From assembly GCA_965153455.1 (NCBI GenBank), contig OZ234493.1, positions 930,001-994,000 of the forward strand: DNA of 64,000 nt. Direction: 5' to 3'. The notes beneath the pieces are model-generated. The model ran no database searches, was not told the DNA's origin, and saw only the letters and a list, made by a program, of their open reading frames with translations. This document shows positions 13,421-26,995 of this stretch, piece by piece (the stretch's first letter is position 1; each line of letters begins with the position of its first letter). This DNA is from Sphagnum compactum (lineage: Eukaryota). A program made the translations under genes and the position numbers.

Positions 13421-15399
13421 TGGATGCAAGTGCAACACCCATAATGAAAACCACATGCACTCCCAACTAATGATTCTAAATTTTACATTACATTCCCCAC
13501 GATTGATGGTGTTTAAGAATAACAATTTATCTAATTTATTCTTTTTTTTACAATGTATAAATAACATATATAAATAATGAAAGTAAGAGCTAACACAAGT
13601 GGAATCATAATATTTGGATATTTAAAAAAATGTAACTATATATTATGAATTAACACTATTTAACCAGCTTTTTCCCCAGACCACAAGGCTTCAGTATTTT
13701 GTTTTAAAAGAAAATCACTTGTCAAACTTTAGAGACTTCATTATACATATGTAGAAAACAAGTGAGGGTTGACAGAGGGGGGGGTTTGTATGGCTTTTAC
13801 CTCCCATCTGTCCATAATCAAAGAAACCCAAAATTTAATAATCAACTTCGTTGGGGTTCATCCACAAAATGAGTCATGATAATGTCGTAACAAAGCTTCT
13901 AAAGGATGCTGGTGGCTGTTGGCCCTGTAAATGAAAATTTGTCAAATGGAAGGAAATAAGGTAACCATATTTAGATGAAATCTATAGAACATGTAGGCAT
14001 TTGTCATCTGTGTTTTCCCACAAATCTCTCTTTCATTTGATTGATATGGTTTGGGTTTGAAGGGCTTGCAACTTTTTGCCATGAATTAGAGGGATATAGC
14101 CATTGTTGGCAAGAAGATAGCTTGTCGGCTGATATACAACACCACTATTAGAGGGATTTGGCCATTATTAGCATAGGCAATAATGTTACGGGCCATATCA
14201 ATTTGGTATATGGCTACCTATAAATATAGTGGGTTCAATTGTTGGATTTGGTGGGTATGAAAGTTCAAGAGATATTACTGTTTACTAGACCACCTGATAA
14301 GGAAACATGAAAAGATTACCTCCAATGCTCATTCTCCCCCTTTATTGCTTCATGACTTGTCTGAGTTGTATTTGTGAATGCAGAGTAAGGTTTAGTTTTT
14401 TTAATTAATACAAATGGAAAAAAATGCAAATTATGGTTTGATATGGTGGTTATTGTCATTTTGTGAAATGTTGGAAGATGAGTTAAAAGAGATAGATAAC
14501 TTTGAACTTTGATTCATGACACATTTAGATTTTATTAAATAAGGATTATTTCTGTAGCTTGAAGTGATGAATTGTTGTAATTAATTTGAAGTTGGGATTG
14601 ATTACATTTTAGAATTTGACATGCTTTTCATATAACATTCATATTAATTTTGGTGACAAGAAATTTGGAGTTGCATAATCCTTGGTATAGTTTTTTGCCT
14701 TGATGATTTCAGATGTAATGTCAAAGGTCATACAAAGGATTATACAAAGTTTTTTTTTTTTTTTTTGGGATCTCTCTGTTTTGAGAGCTATTTTTAATTC
14801 AACATCATAGTCACAAATGATGGAAGTGATGAGCAAATTTTTAGTACTTTTTACATCAATTTGCATCTTGTTATTCATTAATTTAATGAAACACAATTTT
14901 CACAAAATCAACTCATTTTTTTCACCATTTCATGGTTAGTGCTAATATGCAATAGAACACACAGCCCAAGTGTTCACTACTTGTTAACATTGATCATCTC
15001 TAAGAAATGTTCTCAGAGCGATGTCTTTCATTCCCATATTGATAGATGACAAATGACATGTAGTTGCCCAAAACTGCATTAGACCCCCTTTGATAGGCCA
15101 AATAAGGCTTCAATTTTAAGCCCTGGCAGCTTAAATAAAGTAAATAAGTAAGGGACTAAGAAGGTAGAAATTGTGATCCTTTTAGCCCCTCTAACGGCCA
15201 TGTTCAATAGGTCCGTTAATTGACAAATTTTTTTGGGTCACTTTCATGGTGTAGCCAAAGTGACAATCCAGATGTAGCCAAATTTGGCTACAAGAAAAAT
15301 ACAAAAGTCAACATTTGTAACATCTTTTTAATATTTTTGGTTAAACTAATTGAAATTATGTATAGAAATGTGGTGTTTTTTCTTAAAACCTAATAATAT

Positions 15400-15740
15400 T
15401 ATGGCTATTGAAAATTTCATTTAAAGTTCTCTTTAAAAAGCTGGTGGGAAATAAGATATTTTTGGCGGAAATCAAAATGAGATTAAAATGAGATTTTTAT
15501 GGCTATGAAAATTTTCTTTTAAATGTCATTGAACAAAGGCTGTGTGGGAATTGAGATTTTTTCGGCGAAATTAAAATGAGATTAAAATGATATTTTTGTG
15601 GCTATTGAAAATGTCATTCAGATTTCGCTAAAAAAAGGCTGCGTCGGAATTGAGATTTTTTGGCGAAATTAAAATGAGATTTTTATGGCTATTGAAAATC
15701 TCATTTAAAATTTCGCCAAAAAAAGGTTACGTCGGAAATC
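15400..15740. repeat. Tandem array of ~90-bp units upstream of the LRR-RLK
   Basis: About 4 units containing TGGCTATTGAAAAT...GGAATTGAGATTTTTTGGCGAAATTAAAATGAGATT. Confidence 0.8.
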
Positions 15741-15784
15741 GCACCACTCCTGTTGCAGTGCACTCTCAGAGCCTACACAGTGCG

Positions 15785-16008
15785 GAGAGAGAGAGCGCGC
15801 GCGGGCGCGAGAGAGGCACGGAGACAGTAAATGCACACATGTACTTACGCACACCGTGTCTTAAGTGTGAGCTCTGCCAGTTGCCCTCATAGCCTGCTGC
15901 GCTCATCAAGCATATCGCTCAGACTTTCATTACCGGCGGAACTGAATGAAGTACGGTATGTGCGCGCAAACCCATGATGAGACTTGTCCGTCCGTCCGTC
16001 CGTCCGTC
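15785..16008 (+). promoter_or_regulatory. Probable core promoter / 5' leader of the LRR-RLK
   Basis: CpG-rich island within otherwise CpG-depleted DNA, with a GA/GC repeat (15785-15815) and a (GTCC)5 microsatellite (15986-16008), 360-580 bp upstream of the ATG. Confidence 0.45.
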
Positions 16009-16368
16009 ATTGCTTCTCTTCTTCATAACTAGTGTGAAGCTCCTTTGACGTTTGCCTCTTGCTTTCTACTTGTTTAGCCCAATTATACCTGCATTGTGAT
16101 GTCTTTCCTTTTTTTTCCCTGAAGAAAGGAGATGTAGGAACAGTTGGGTTTGTTGAAGAATGTAGCAGTGGGTGTGGGTGAACTCTGGCTTCAAGCATTC
16201 ATTCAGCTGAGAGTTTTGCAGAGAGGTGGTGGGAGAACGCGAGCAGTAGAAGAAGTTATTACAGTTGGTTCGGGAGGCAGGAGGTTGTGAGCTTACACAA
16301 GCTGGTTTTTTGAGCTGGTTGCTGAAGGAGAAGAGTATTATTACAGGGGACTTTTATATGTTGCAAGT

Positions 16369-19300
16369 ATGAGAACGATTGGAGTTTTGAACGCGTGGTG
16401 GTGGGGGCTGGCTCTGCTAAGCCTGCTGGTGGTGGTGATTCAGTGCGGTGCAGTTATGGTGCCCATGAGCGATGACATCCTAGGTCTCATGGCGTTCAAG
16501 GCAGGTGTGCAGGACCCGCACGGTGTGTTAGAGTCGTGGCAAGAGGTTGATGCCAGTCCCTGTAACTGGACTGGCGTCGCCTGTGACGACGTGACTGGCA
16601 GGTAGGACTCTTTTTGTTCTCTCGAGTCTCTCTTTCGAAATACGAAGTTATATGAAGCGCCGGGTTAAAGACTTTCACTTTGCAGCGATTGTCAGCCTCC
16701 AGTAAGACTTAAATCATGAGGGTTGTTTCTTTTGTTTGCGAAGTTCGGTATAGGTGAATGGCAGGTCCAGGGGGTATTATGTTGTTTGAGGGCATCGGAA
16801 CGAGGGCGGTAGTTCAAGTTCCCAAGCCCCAAAACAACAGAATATCCCATGTGACTTGCCATTCACCTACTTAAAAACCTGACCTAACTTGAAATTGTGC
16901 AAGAAGGTTGTGTTTGGTAATGGGTGCCTCATCATCTGCGATGAAGGTTCTGCTTGTGAGGAACCTCCAAATACGAAGTTAAAAATAGGTCAGGTTTTTA
17001 AGGAATGCAAGATTGAACCTTCTCAGTGTATGTTGTCTGTCATTGCAAGAACGTGACCCAGCCCCATCTGATTGCAGGGTTACAGATCTCACTCTGGTAG
17101 GGCTATCATTGGGAGGTCAGATTGGAAGAGGATTTGTGAAGTTGGCAGAGCTTCAAACAGTGACCCTGGCATATAATAATTTCTCAGGAAGTATTGACAC
17201 TGAAGTTGCACAGCTGTTGATGCTGAGTACATTCAATGTGAGCAACAATGCATTGTCGGGTGCCATTCCTTCTTTTTTCACTAGTGGCAGTAGTGGGAGT
17301 CTCACAACTCTTGACCTGTCAAACAATCTCCTTTCTTGGGCTATGCCAGATGCCTTCTTCATCAATTGCCAGAATCTTGTCTTTCTTTCACTAGCTCACA
17401 ACATCCTCAATGGCTCCATTCCTTCATCTCTCAGTTCATGTGTTCAGCTCACGCATTTGAACCTTGCAGCAAATCAGTTGTCAGGTGATATTCCCGTGGG
17501 TATTGGACAGCTTTCAAAAATCAATAGTATTGACATGTCACAGAATTTTCTATCTGGACTTATCCCAGGAGAGATTGGATCCCTACAAAATCTAACAAGC
17601 CTCAGTCTCATGGGCAACAAGTTTACAGGCAGCATTCCTTCAGGACTCTTCTCTTGCAGTAGCTTGGTGGCTATTGACTTTAGTATGAATAGTTTGACAG
17701 GGACACTGCCAGTGCAGCTACAGAACTTGAGCTCTTTAACTCTCATCAATGCTGGCAGCAACATGTTATCAGGGAGTATTCCAACATGGCTTGGAAGTCT
17801 GAGCAGGTTACAAAGTTTAGACCTTTCAGAAAACCAGTTTTCAGGGTTTGTGCCAGCTTCACTTGGGCAGTTATATGTGCTCCAAGAGTTGGACCTTTCT
17901 GGGAACCTGCTTTCAGGTAGTATTCCTGTGGAGTTAGGTGCATGTACGCAGCTGAGGATTCTGGATTTAAGCCACAATAACCTGTCTGGTGATGTACCAT
18001 CCCAGCTTCTTGCCCCAAATATACAGTTCTTAGCACTCTCAGGAAATTCCCTGACAGGAAGCATTCCTAGTATAAGCTCAGGGAATTGTACCTTTCTGCA
18101 GTTTCTGGACATTTCTGGGAACAGATTGGAGGGACCCATACCAGGACAGCTTGTACAATGCTCCAATCTGGTGGCTGTAAACCTCTCTGCCAATTCACTT
18201 TCATTGCAGATTCCATGGGAGCTTGGCAGTCTGCCCTTTTTGGTGTATCTTGATCTGAGCAGGAATTTCATCAATGGAAGCATCCCACCGACTTTGGGCA
18301 ATGCTGCTCACCTAAATGTGCTTGACTTGCGTCAGAACATGCTCAGTGGTCCAATCCCATCAGAGATTGGGAACTGCAGTGCACTCCTTAACTTGTAATT
18401 CCTACTGCCTTCAACCAGATTTGTGACATATGCCATTTTCATTTAGCAGATAGGACTTGTTTTGGTTGTCTTGATTGTGAGCTTTGTAAGCATGAAGAAT
18501 ATAATGTTTCAGATCTTCTACATGAGGTGAGAAAGGTATCTCAATGGCTAGCTCTTGATTGGTTATAGAGTTTACATCAAGTGTTCAACTGCCTGCTTGA
18601 CTGTTGTGCTAAGTACAAATGGTAGAAGAGGGACAATTATGAAAAAATAGCTACAACAGAGTGTTGGATGCTTGAGGCTCTATTCACAAATTTCCAGTCT
18701 GACAAGTTGATTCTGGAGTCTGCTTAGTGTCTGTTTGAGAGACCAATTCCACTTTCTGATGATCAAATGTGACTTTTGAATGGCAGGAATCTGGCGATGA
18801 ACAGATTAAGTGGGCAGATCCCTGTGGACCTGACAAACCTCAGCTTGCTTGAGTTTCTTGATCTGTCTTCTAACAATCTGTCAGGGGAGATTCCACCAGG
18901 TTTTCAGTTGCTTAGGAGTTTGGTAATGGTCAATGTATCCAACAACCAGCTGAGTGGCCCTATTCCCACTCAAGGTGTCTTTGTCAATGCCAGTGCACCT
19001 GAGGTTTCAGGGAATGATGGTTTATGTGGTAAACTGGTTGGTGTGGCATGTCCCCCAGGCCCTTCAAAACCCATAGTGCTTAACCCAGGAGGACCCTCAT
19101 CAGGCAATCCAGTCACCCATGGGAAGGGGAGCAGAATTGTGTTAAGTATTTCAGCTATCATTGCCATCTCAGCAGCAGCAGTCATTGCAATTGGGGTTAT
19201 AGTAGTCACTTTGTTGAACATACGGGCACAGACACGGCCACAACACACTACAGTGGGCATAATGGAGAGTGTTCCACAGTCACCCCTTACAGAACATCTG

Positions 19301-20242
19301 GCACTTGGTAAGCTTGTAATGTTTCGGCAAAGCCGCAAATTATCAGGAAGTGATTGGATGGCAGGTAGTGCTCAAGCTTTACTGAATAAGCAGCATGAGA
19401 TTGGACGAGGAGGCTTTGGTACAGTCTACAAAGCTACTTTGCCAGATGGTCACATGGTGGCAGTGAAGAAGCTTCTAGTGGCTAGCCTAGTGAAAGGGCA
19501 AGATGATTTTGAGCGAGAGGTTGGACTTCTTGGAAGTGTTAAGCACCAAAATCTAGTTGCCCTGCAAGGCTATTACTGGACCCCACAATTACAGCTTCTT
19601 GTTTATGACTTCATCCCTAATGGGAACTTGTATAGGCGATTACATGAGCTAAGAGATGGTGAACCCCCCCTAACTTGGGATGATCGATTCAAGATTGCAT
19701 CAGGCATTGCTCTAGGGCTTGCACATCTCCATCATGGGTGTCGACCTCAAGTTATACATTATGATCTGAAGTCAAGCAATGTACTACTTACTCAAGACAA
19801 TGAGGCTTGTATTTCAGATTATGGCCTTGCCAAGCTACTCCCAGTGCTTGATAGCTATGTGATGAGCAGCAGATTTCAGAGTGCACTGGGATACATGGCA
19901 CCAGAGTTTGCCTGCTCAAGTCTGAAAATTACTGAGAAGTGTGATGTTTATGGCTTTGGTGTGTTGCTCTTGGAGCTTGTCACAGGACGCAGACCAGTGG
20001 AGTACATGGAAGATGATGTTGTTATCTTGTGTGATCACATCCGAGCATTGCTGGAGGAAGGCCATCCCCTGTCATGTGTTGACTTAAGCTTGCATGGGTA
20101 CCCAGATGATGAGGTGCTTCCAGTCATCAAGTTAGGCTTAATTTGCACATCACATGTGCCATCTAATCGTCCATCCATGGCTGAAGTTGTTCAGATTTTG
20201 GAGCTCATCAGGCCAATTGTTGATGCACAGGATTTTCAATAA
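16369..20242 (+). CDS. LRR receptor-like Ser/Thr kinase, IRK/PXC2-like (LRR-VII); exons 16369-16601, 17078-18394, 18787-20242; 1001 aa
   Basis: Exon 1 encodes a signal peptide and LRRNT cap (SW...SPCNWTGVAC). GT..AG introns at 16602-17077 and 18395-18786 join the three ORFs in frame (233+1317+1456=3006 nt). About 20 plant LRRs (LxLxxNxLSGxIP), a C-cap (GNDGLCG), a TM helix (LSISAIIAISAAAVIAIGVIVVTLL) and a kinase domain (GRGGFG, VAVKK, HYDLKSSN, DYG, GYMAPE, DVYGFG). ALLNK..EIGRGGFG and PVEYMEDDVVILCD match my recollection of the IRK/PXC2 clade. Confidence 0.95.
16751..17002. repeat. Two abutting foldback (MITE-like) elements in intron 1 of the LRR-RLK
   Basis: 16751-16869 is an imperfect ~50-bp-stem hairpin (TAGGTGAATGGCAGGTC / GACTTGCCATTCACCTA). 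16870-17002 has a perfect 17-bp inverted repeat CTTAAAAACCTGACCTA / TAGGTCAGGTTTTTAAG. Confidence 0.8.
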
Positions 20243-22213
20243 TGCAGTCCTAGTCACACCCCAGAAAGTCAAGTACCTTACTGGGTCTGCATTTGTGAAA
20301 ATCCTCTTGCCAAATTGTTTTAATTTCAGCGTAGTCATACTTTCCATTATGCATGTTGAACTGAAATTAGTCGCTTTTTTCCTCTATTACAAGCTTCACC
20401 ACCTGACTTGAGCAACTGAAAATAGGCTGGACCTACTTAGTGATGTGATTGTCAATCTGCGGTGTACACAGATTTGTGATGTAGATTGCAGTGTCACTTT
20501 TTCTGTCCTCTAATTCTAAACCGGTCAATTGTATTGAGCTGTGTATTGTATAGATCTTTGGTGTCTGCCACTCATCATTTGTCTCTCCTGCTTCATGCTT
20601 TGGTTCATGTCAAAAAAAGGTTTGAAACAAGATCCTTCATATCAAAACCTGAAGAGCAAATTTTGGAGTACTGTCCCAGCAATGATTGAGATAGTCTCAA
20701 CTAACTGATTGACACTATCTCTCATGTCACACTGGTGCAGAAGATTTTCCAAACTCTTCAATGGATGACTGGAATATGAATGATTTGCTAGTACTCTTGT
20801 GGTTTCTATCAACGGTTGCTAGTGCTCTTATGGTTTCTATCAACAATTTCTTTAGTGGTTCTCGTGACGCTTGACTACAAAAGGATTCAGATCAAGCAGA
20901 TGTGTCTTGATATGTTGACAGTTTGGAATGCAGGGTACAGGAACAGTGGCCACCTTCTTTGACACTCTGGGGTGAAGTGGCCACGATCCATATCCATCAT
21001 GTCTACAAAAATTAGACTCAGCAATTTCTTGACTTCATGAAAGGCTTAAATGAGGCCAAGTTCTTAGTTTTCTCATTCATTGTGCAAGTTCTCATGGATA
21101 CCTGAAATAGGGGAATTGGGCACAACGTCTTTGGATTTTGTCCATTGTGCAAAATTCTTCCCCTCCCCCAATGCCTTTCTTGTGGAAATGGGACCAAATT
21201 TCTCAAATTTTCATTCATATGCAATTTCTCAGATGCCTTCCCCCATAAGGAAGGCCAGGCTACCTGGATGCTTAGGGGAAAGAAAGTCCATTGTGATGCT
21301 CTTCTTTCAACATCTTTCTTAGATGCTTTTCACCAAGAAGTTTGGCCAAGCCCACCAGGTGCTTTCCAAAGGGAGATAAGGCCATATTCCATGGATGCTT
21401 CCCCACAACAGACACCTTGTTCCTTGGATGCTTGGACCACAAGGAAGGCATCCAGCTGCGCCCTTTAAGGAAGGAAAAATAAAAGAAGTTTCAAATGCTA
21501 AAAGCATTGCGTGCCAATTCTGTACATGATTAAAAAGGTGGTAACAAATAGTGAAAGGGTTTGGACTCAAACTGAAGCTAAGATTCATCATGGATTCACA
21601 TGGATTCATCAAATCCAGGATATTTGTGACAATCCATGACATTGTGAACATTAGTGTTCTTAAATTTTGAACCATGAGCATATTACAATTTTCAATGATA
21701 TATACATTGAACATTCAAGCCCACTTTCTTGTAATTTTTGTCAAGACTTTCCAATATCATATCAAGTTCTTGATTTGAACAATTATATTTAATTGTCCCA
21801 ATTATGTGAACTAATAGTTCACCCCAAATTTTTTACAACTTTGTATCTTGAAACTTTAAATGTTCATAACCATCAAAAAGTAACTTTGTTTTGAATATAG
21901 ATGTTGCCATCAGTAAGAACTTGTCAATGATAGCATAATCATCAATTTGTATGAATAATTCATGAGAGTCAAGTTGATGGGTGAACCACTTTTGATGTCA
22001 CAATGGTAGTTCTTCTGATGTGAGTTTGATTTTAATTTTTGTATTTTAGAATTTGTCAATAGGGACTTGTTTCCAGATTATGGACTTGAATATCCACATA
22101 ATGCAATTACTTAATATGCAAAATGTTTAAAACTACAAGAGCTATGGATTTTCAAATATTCTATTGAAAAACAAAAGTGAATTTATGTTGGAGTGCATAC
22201 AATTGCAAAACAA

Positions 22214-22652
22214 TCTATCTATGAAGGAAGGTAGTTTGTTTTGTTTTGTTTTGTAGTTATGACATCCACTGAACCAGGATGCTTCAGATCATGTTCTTGG
22301 TGTCTTTGGAAAGCTCTCAACAAGGAGGGGTGCATGGGCTTCTCCGTGATGTTTGGACTTGTGGTGCAAAAGGTCTTGAATATTGAATGATTTCTTCACT
22401 GAAATTAAATTAAATTGTAGCTGAAAATTTCGGAGGAATTGGAATGTGCCTTCGGTGTTCTCAGAAAAATCTTGATGAGCAAGATTTAATGGAATTTATT
22501 TGGTAAGATTTGGATTCAGAATATGGGAGAGATTGATTTTAAAGTGATTTCTGCTGCTGAAAATTCTAATAAATCCAAAAAACCAAGTTTTGGAAGGAAA
22601 AAATCAGTTGAGGATGTGGTAACACTTGGGCCAACGGCATAGGCCATACTAG
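22214..22652 (+). mobile_element. Non-autonomous Helitron-like element
   Basis: Starts A|TC and ends with a GGCC..GGCC hairpin followed by CTAG|T; no TSD. Related copies occur elsewhere in the window. Confidence 0.8.
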
Positions 22653-25559
22653 TCATCTTTAAATGGGCTTTGACATAACTTGGAATTTTCTTTGCTTTAA
22701 ATCAATGGATGGTTGTTGTTTAATTACCTAGGACCATACAAGAGCTCAAAAAAAATAAAATTAAATGAACTTGTAAGGATACGTTTTCTTGTGGGTTTTT
22801 GGTCCACCTTAACATGCATTGACCAAATTTTTTTTGACATAATTTTGTCAATGAACACACATAGATCTTTTTATGTGATTGTCATAAAAAATGTTTGAAA
22901 AAAAGCACATTATTTCAAGCCCCATCAATAGTGAATTAAAGAAAATATATTTTTGAAAAAACAATTAGCAAAATTTTTACTTACATTGAACTTACATAAG
23001 TGTAATCATAACAACTTCACTGTTAAAGCTATCTCCATTTGAACAAGGAAAATCCAAAATCTTATTACGGTCACAACCTTGCATAGATTGAATGATGTAT
23101 TGCTAAATTTTCTAATCACTTGAAAGATAGAATCAATGTTCAGAGAAAGGGACAATAATCAAACGTTGATATTATACATAAATCCACTTGTATAAATTTC
23201 AGTGTTTTCTTTTTAATTTGTGATGTTGCCACATTGGCAATCATCCACAAGGAGATTTAGCCACATTGGGCTATAGACTACCTATGAAGTAGAAATTTAT
23301 TAAAATTCTTTTATATTTTTGACTATTTGCTTGAACAATGTGTAGAAACATAGCAAAATTTCAGATTTTTTTTTCGATTTTTGCCAAATGTTTTGAAAAA
23401 AAGGAGAATATTCAACAAAATATTATGGTTTTGAAAAACAATTTGCCACACAAAAAAACGATGGTAAATATTGACACTAATGGGGAAAATTAAGCTATAT
23501 ATGTATATACAAGGTTAACATGTTGCCCTCTTGTCATCCTTGCCATTTTTCTCGCTGTTGTCATTGCCCTCTTTCTCATGCCTATCACATAATCCATTGT
23601 CCCACCTTCTCCTCAATGTCTTCATGGTTCCCCATTGTTCTTCATGTTGTCACCTAAATTAGATGTAGTCGTCCCCAAAACTAGGATGCCACCAATGCAA
23701 ACCACATTTTCAGCGGGACATCCTACATGTTGAGGTCGCACACATGTGGCATACCCTAGCCTAGTTGTTTTTACGACTTGTTCAATTTTGATTGTTTACT
23801 TTTTTTTTTAAAGCTCTAGGTGGAAAACTACCCCTATAAATTATTTTGTTTGAATGGTATGTGCAAGTAATGACATGTTGAAGTCTTGAAATGGCCCATG
23901 ATGTCACCATCCCATTTGACATTCAAGTCTTTCAAAAGCAGGGCCATTAGCAACCTAGTCGAATTCCTTCATGAGTCCAGTTGCATGGTCGGGTTCAAGT
24001 ATGAACTTGGTTGGCCAATCTAGTTTAAGTCTAGAGGAACACGAAGTTGCAAGAAGTGTTGTTAGCAGAAATAAGAACCCAAAATTGGGAACTAGCCAAC
24101 ACAAGGCTTCACCATAAACAGAATCTATTGGACTCCTACCTCTTTGGAAGGTGGTCCAATTCTAGGCTTGTGAAGGGACAACAGGGTTGCCCAATTCATC
24201 CCCATGGGTTTGACCCCAAGTATCCCACGGTTTCCTCATGAATAGATGTGGCACGATCTAGTGTCTCACAACCATACTTTGAGTTGGATTTGTGTTACAA
24301 CCACCTAGGTTGTTTGCAAATGCGTACGGTGGATCCATTTCTATCTAAAGCACCACTCATTCTACAAATACCAATCAGCCTTTTTTTGCGTGTGATGTTT
24401 TGGACATTTTCTGTCACAAATACAATAGCTTCTTCAAAGGAAAAAAAATCATCAAAATTTGATCTAAGTAGAAAGGTCCCGGATTTCTATATGGTTCAAG
24501 TAGGTAGCCAAAAACAAATAAGGATATTAAATTATATTAAATATTATTTTCATACTCCAGATTGATGATGATAATTGAAACTGATTTGGTTTAGGTGAGT
24601 GAGATGTTATGTTCCGTGTTGTGAGCATTGTGTTTTAGTGGTCATCACCATAGAGGTTGATGTCCTCTTCCCAACAAATCATCCATTAGAGATGATATCA
24701 ATGTCATGTTACAGTAATAAACAGTCTTGTACTCACACATTGGTTGCTCACCATACACTTTTCAGTGCCTTGGGACTCACCACCAATGGGCCCACTTTGC
24801 CTTAAAAGCGTAGTGTTCAGTGCTCATCTGTTGGTGGTTCTACCAAAGGGGATACTCTACTCTATTGTAGGACTACATTCCTACTACTAGTGGGGGGGGG
24901 GGGGGGGGGGGGGCGCTTCTCTCCTTGTGGAGAAATGGGAGCAAGGCCCACCCACTACCCCACCTCATTGGGGTGTCAGTTAGGTGTGATAATGCTATGA
25001 TGGAGAGCCAAGCAACCTATGCTTCTGTCGCCTGGAACATAATATGAAATCAGCATGACAAGAATACACTATAATTACAGCATGGGCCACTCAAGTCGGC
25101 ATGACAAAAGGGTCTTGATGATGGAACGAACCCCTGGACCGTGGCCCTACACTTACTTCAGGAAGTAAGTATTTTTGACATGGGTGAACAACAAGTATTT
25201 TAACAGCTTCCACTAACTTAGTGGGGAAGCCTAATTACATATCAACTCAGATAGATCAACACAATCACACCATGACCAAACAATGATAAGCTCTCTAGTC
25301 AGAATGTTCTGGCTAGGTTTCAACTGTGAAACTAACATTCAAATCAGAATTGGGTAGTAACTAACTTAATGTGTACATGGTTATAAGTCCGAGTCCCACA
25401 AATGTCTCAGGGTTTTATCAAAATTTAGACCCTGAGATCATTCTTTAATCTTCATGTGTCTGGAGACAAATATATGTCTCCAAAATGGGTGAATAGGTAC
25501 CCTTGCTTTTACGACAGGGTATTAGTTAAAGCCAAAAAGGTTAACAAGCAGTTTTAGAA

Positions 25560-26995
25560 ATAGAATTTGCATGTAGCCAATGAGATAGCTGAACATGCAC
25601 TCAAGAGGGCTCAGCTTTTTACCTTGGTTGGGAAGGAAGGGGCCGCATAGAATTTTTAAAATTTTCGTGTTTCTTATATGTTCTCAATGATGTTCCTCAA
25701 GTTTTCAATATGTTCATCATGATATTCCTCAAGTTTTCGATATGTTCATCATGATGTTCCTCAAGTTCCCAATGTGTTCCCAAGGGTGTTCCCAATAGCA
25801 CCTCACTTTTATCCCATATGGTTTGCCTAAAGTTCTCCTCTTCTCACCTACATAGGTGCGCCAAATGGGAGGCACTACATTTTCACATAGAAAAAAAATT
25901 CTATGTTGGGGAGCTCTCCAAAGTTTCAGGATTTTATTTTTATTTTCTTGTGATGGACCAATCAAAATGTCTCATTGCAACAAAATAAACCAACAGTATT
26001 CTTTAAAAAAAAACTTTAAATGCATCTCCATCTAATTAATAGAAGTAACAATAGATACAACAGCCCCCAATTGTGTGTCCCTACATTAGACTAGGTCGAA
26101 AATGGTGACAAAGAAATGTATGAAAAGAAATTTTGTTCAGCCAATGAGGCAATGTAACATGCACTCAAGAGGCCCAAGCTTTTTTTTCATTTGGCAAGTG
26201 GGGGGATTGGCCTATTGGACTTTTTGATTTTTTCTGTTCCCAATGTGTTCCCCAAGATGTGTCCAGTAGCATCAGACTTTTATCCCCTATGCTTGGCCCA
26301 AAGTTGTCTTCTTTTCACCTATATAGGTGGGCCAAAGGGACCAAAGTTTTTTTTGTGTGGTGAGCGGCCATTCAAAATGGTTCATTGCATAAAGTTGAAC
26401 TTGAGAGGTACCCCCATTTAATTAATTCATATATGAATAAGTACTCTAGAAATATGATGAATAAGTGCAACATGTTCAAAGAGAGCATTATTAGTCTAGG
26501 CAATAATTGGTGATGAAAAAAATTAATAGGATATAAATTCTATGTAGCCAATGAGGTGAGATAGCATCACCTATAATTAATTAATTTTGGCACTTGGGCA
26601 TTGAAATTTACCATCCCATACATAATTTCGTTTTGTGTTTGGGTGGGGGCAGGGAGGGCATAGTGAGGTTTCCAGAAATTTCTGGATCTTGTCTCCTATG
26701 TATTCCATATGGTTTCTAACACCATTGATGGTTCTTTACAATGTTCCCATGTGTTCATCAAGTTGTTCACAATAGCACCACACTTTACCCCATGTCCTTT
26801 ACTCTTGTAAGCTATATAGGTAGGGCAAAGGGTCAAAGTACATTTTATTTATTTTGGGATTCTCCAAAGTTTGATCACTTATTTTAATTTATTTTATTTT
26901 ATTGTGTTTTTTTGGGTGATGGGCAATCAAAGAGGCCCATCACCCAAGAATAAAAGAATTTTGTCTACACCCACAACTAATCAATAGAACGAACA
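25560..26995 (+). repeat. Three tandem diverged copies of a dispersed repeat
   Basis: Each copy starts at AGCCAATGAG (about 25576, 26139, 26546) and contains TGTTCCCAA..TAGCACC..CTTT.ATCCC and GTGATGG.CAATCAAA blocks. Confidence 0.7.

Noticed and set aside
17013-17077. N-terminal extensions of ORFs 17013-18398 and 18776-20242
   Set aside because: These are intron sequence; splice acceptors at 17077 and 18786 give a coherent LRR register.
17153-19338. Long antisense ORFs (17474-18301, 18970-19338 and others)
   Set aside because: These are shadows of the LRR-RLK coding strand with no independent motifs.
21018-21714. Cluster of overlapping ORFs downstream of the LRR-RLK
   Set aside because: They derive from a GC-richer patch with repeated GATGCTT/CTTCCCC motifs and show no protein motifs; probably a TE fragment.
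23600-24330. Possible solo-LTR remnants here and at about 31520-32330
   Set aside because: No TG..CA boundaries with a TSD, and no second copy in the window, could be established.
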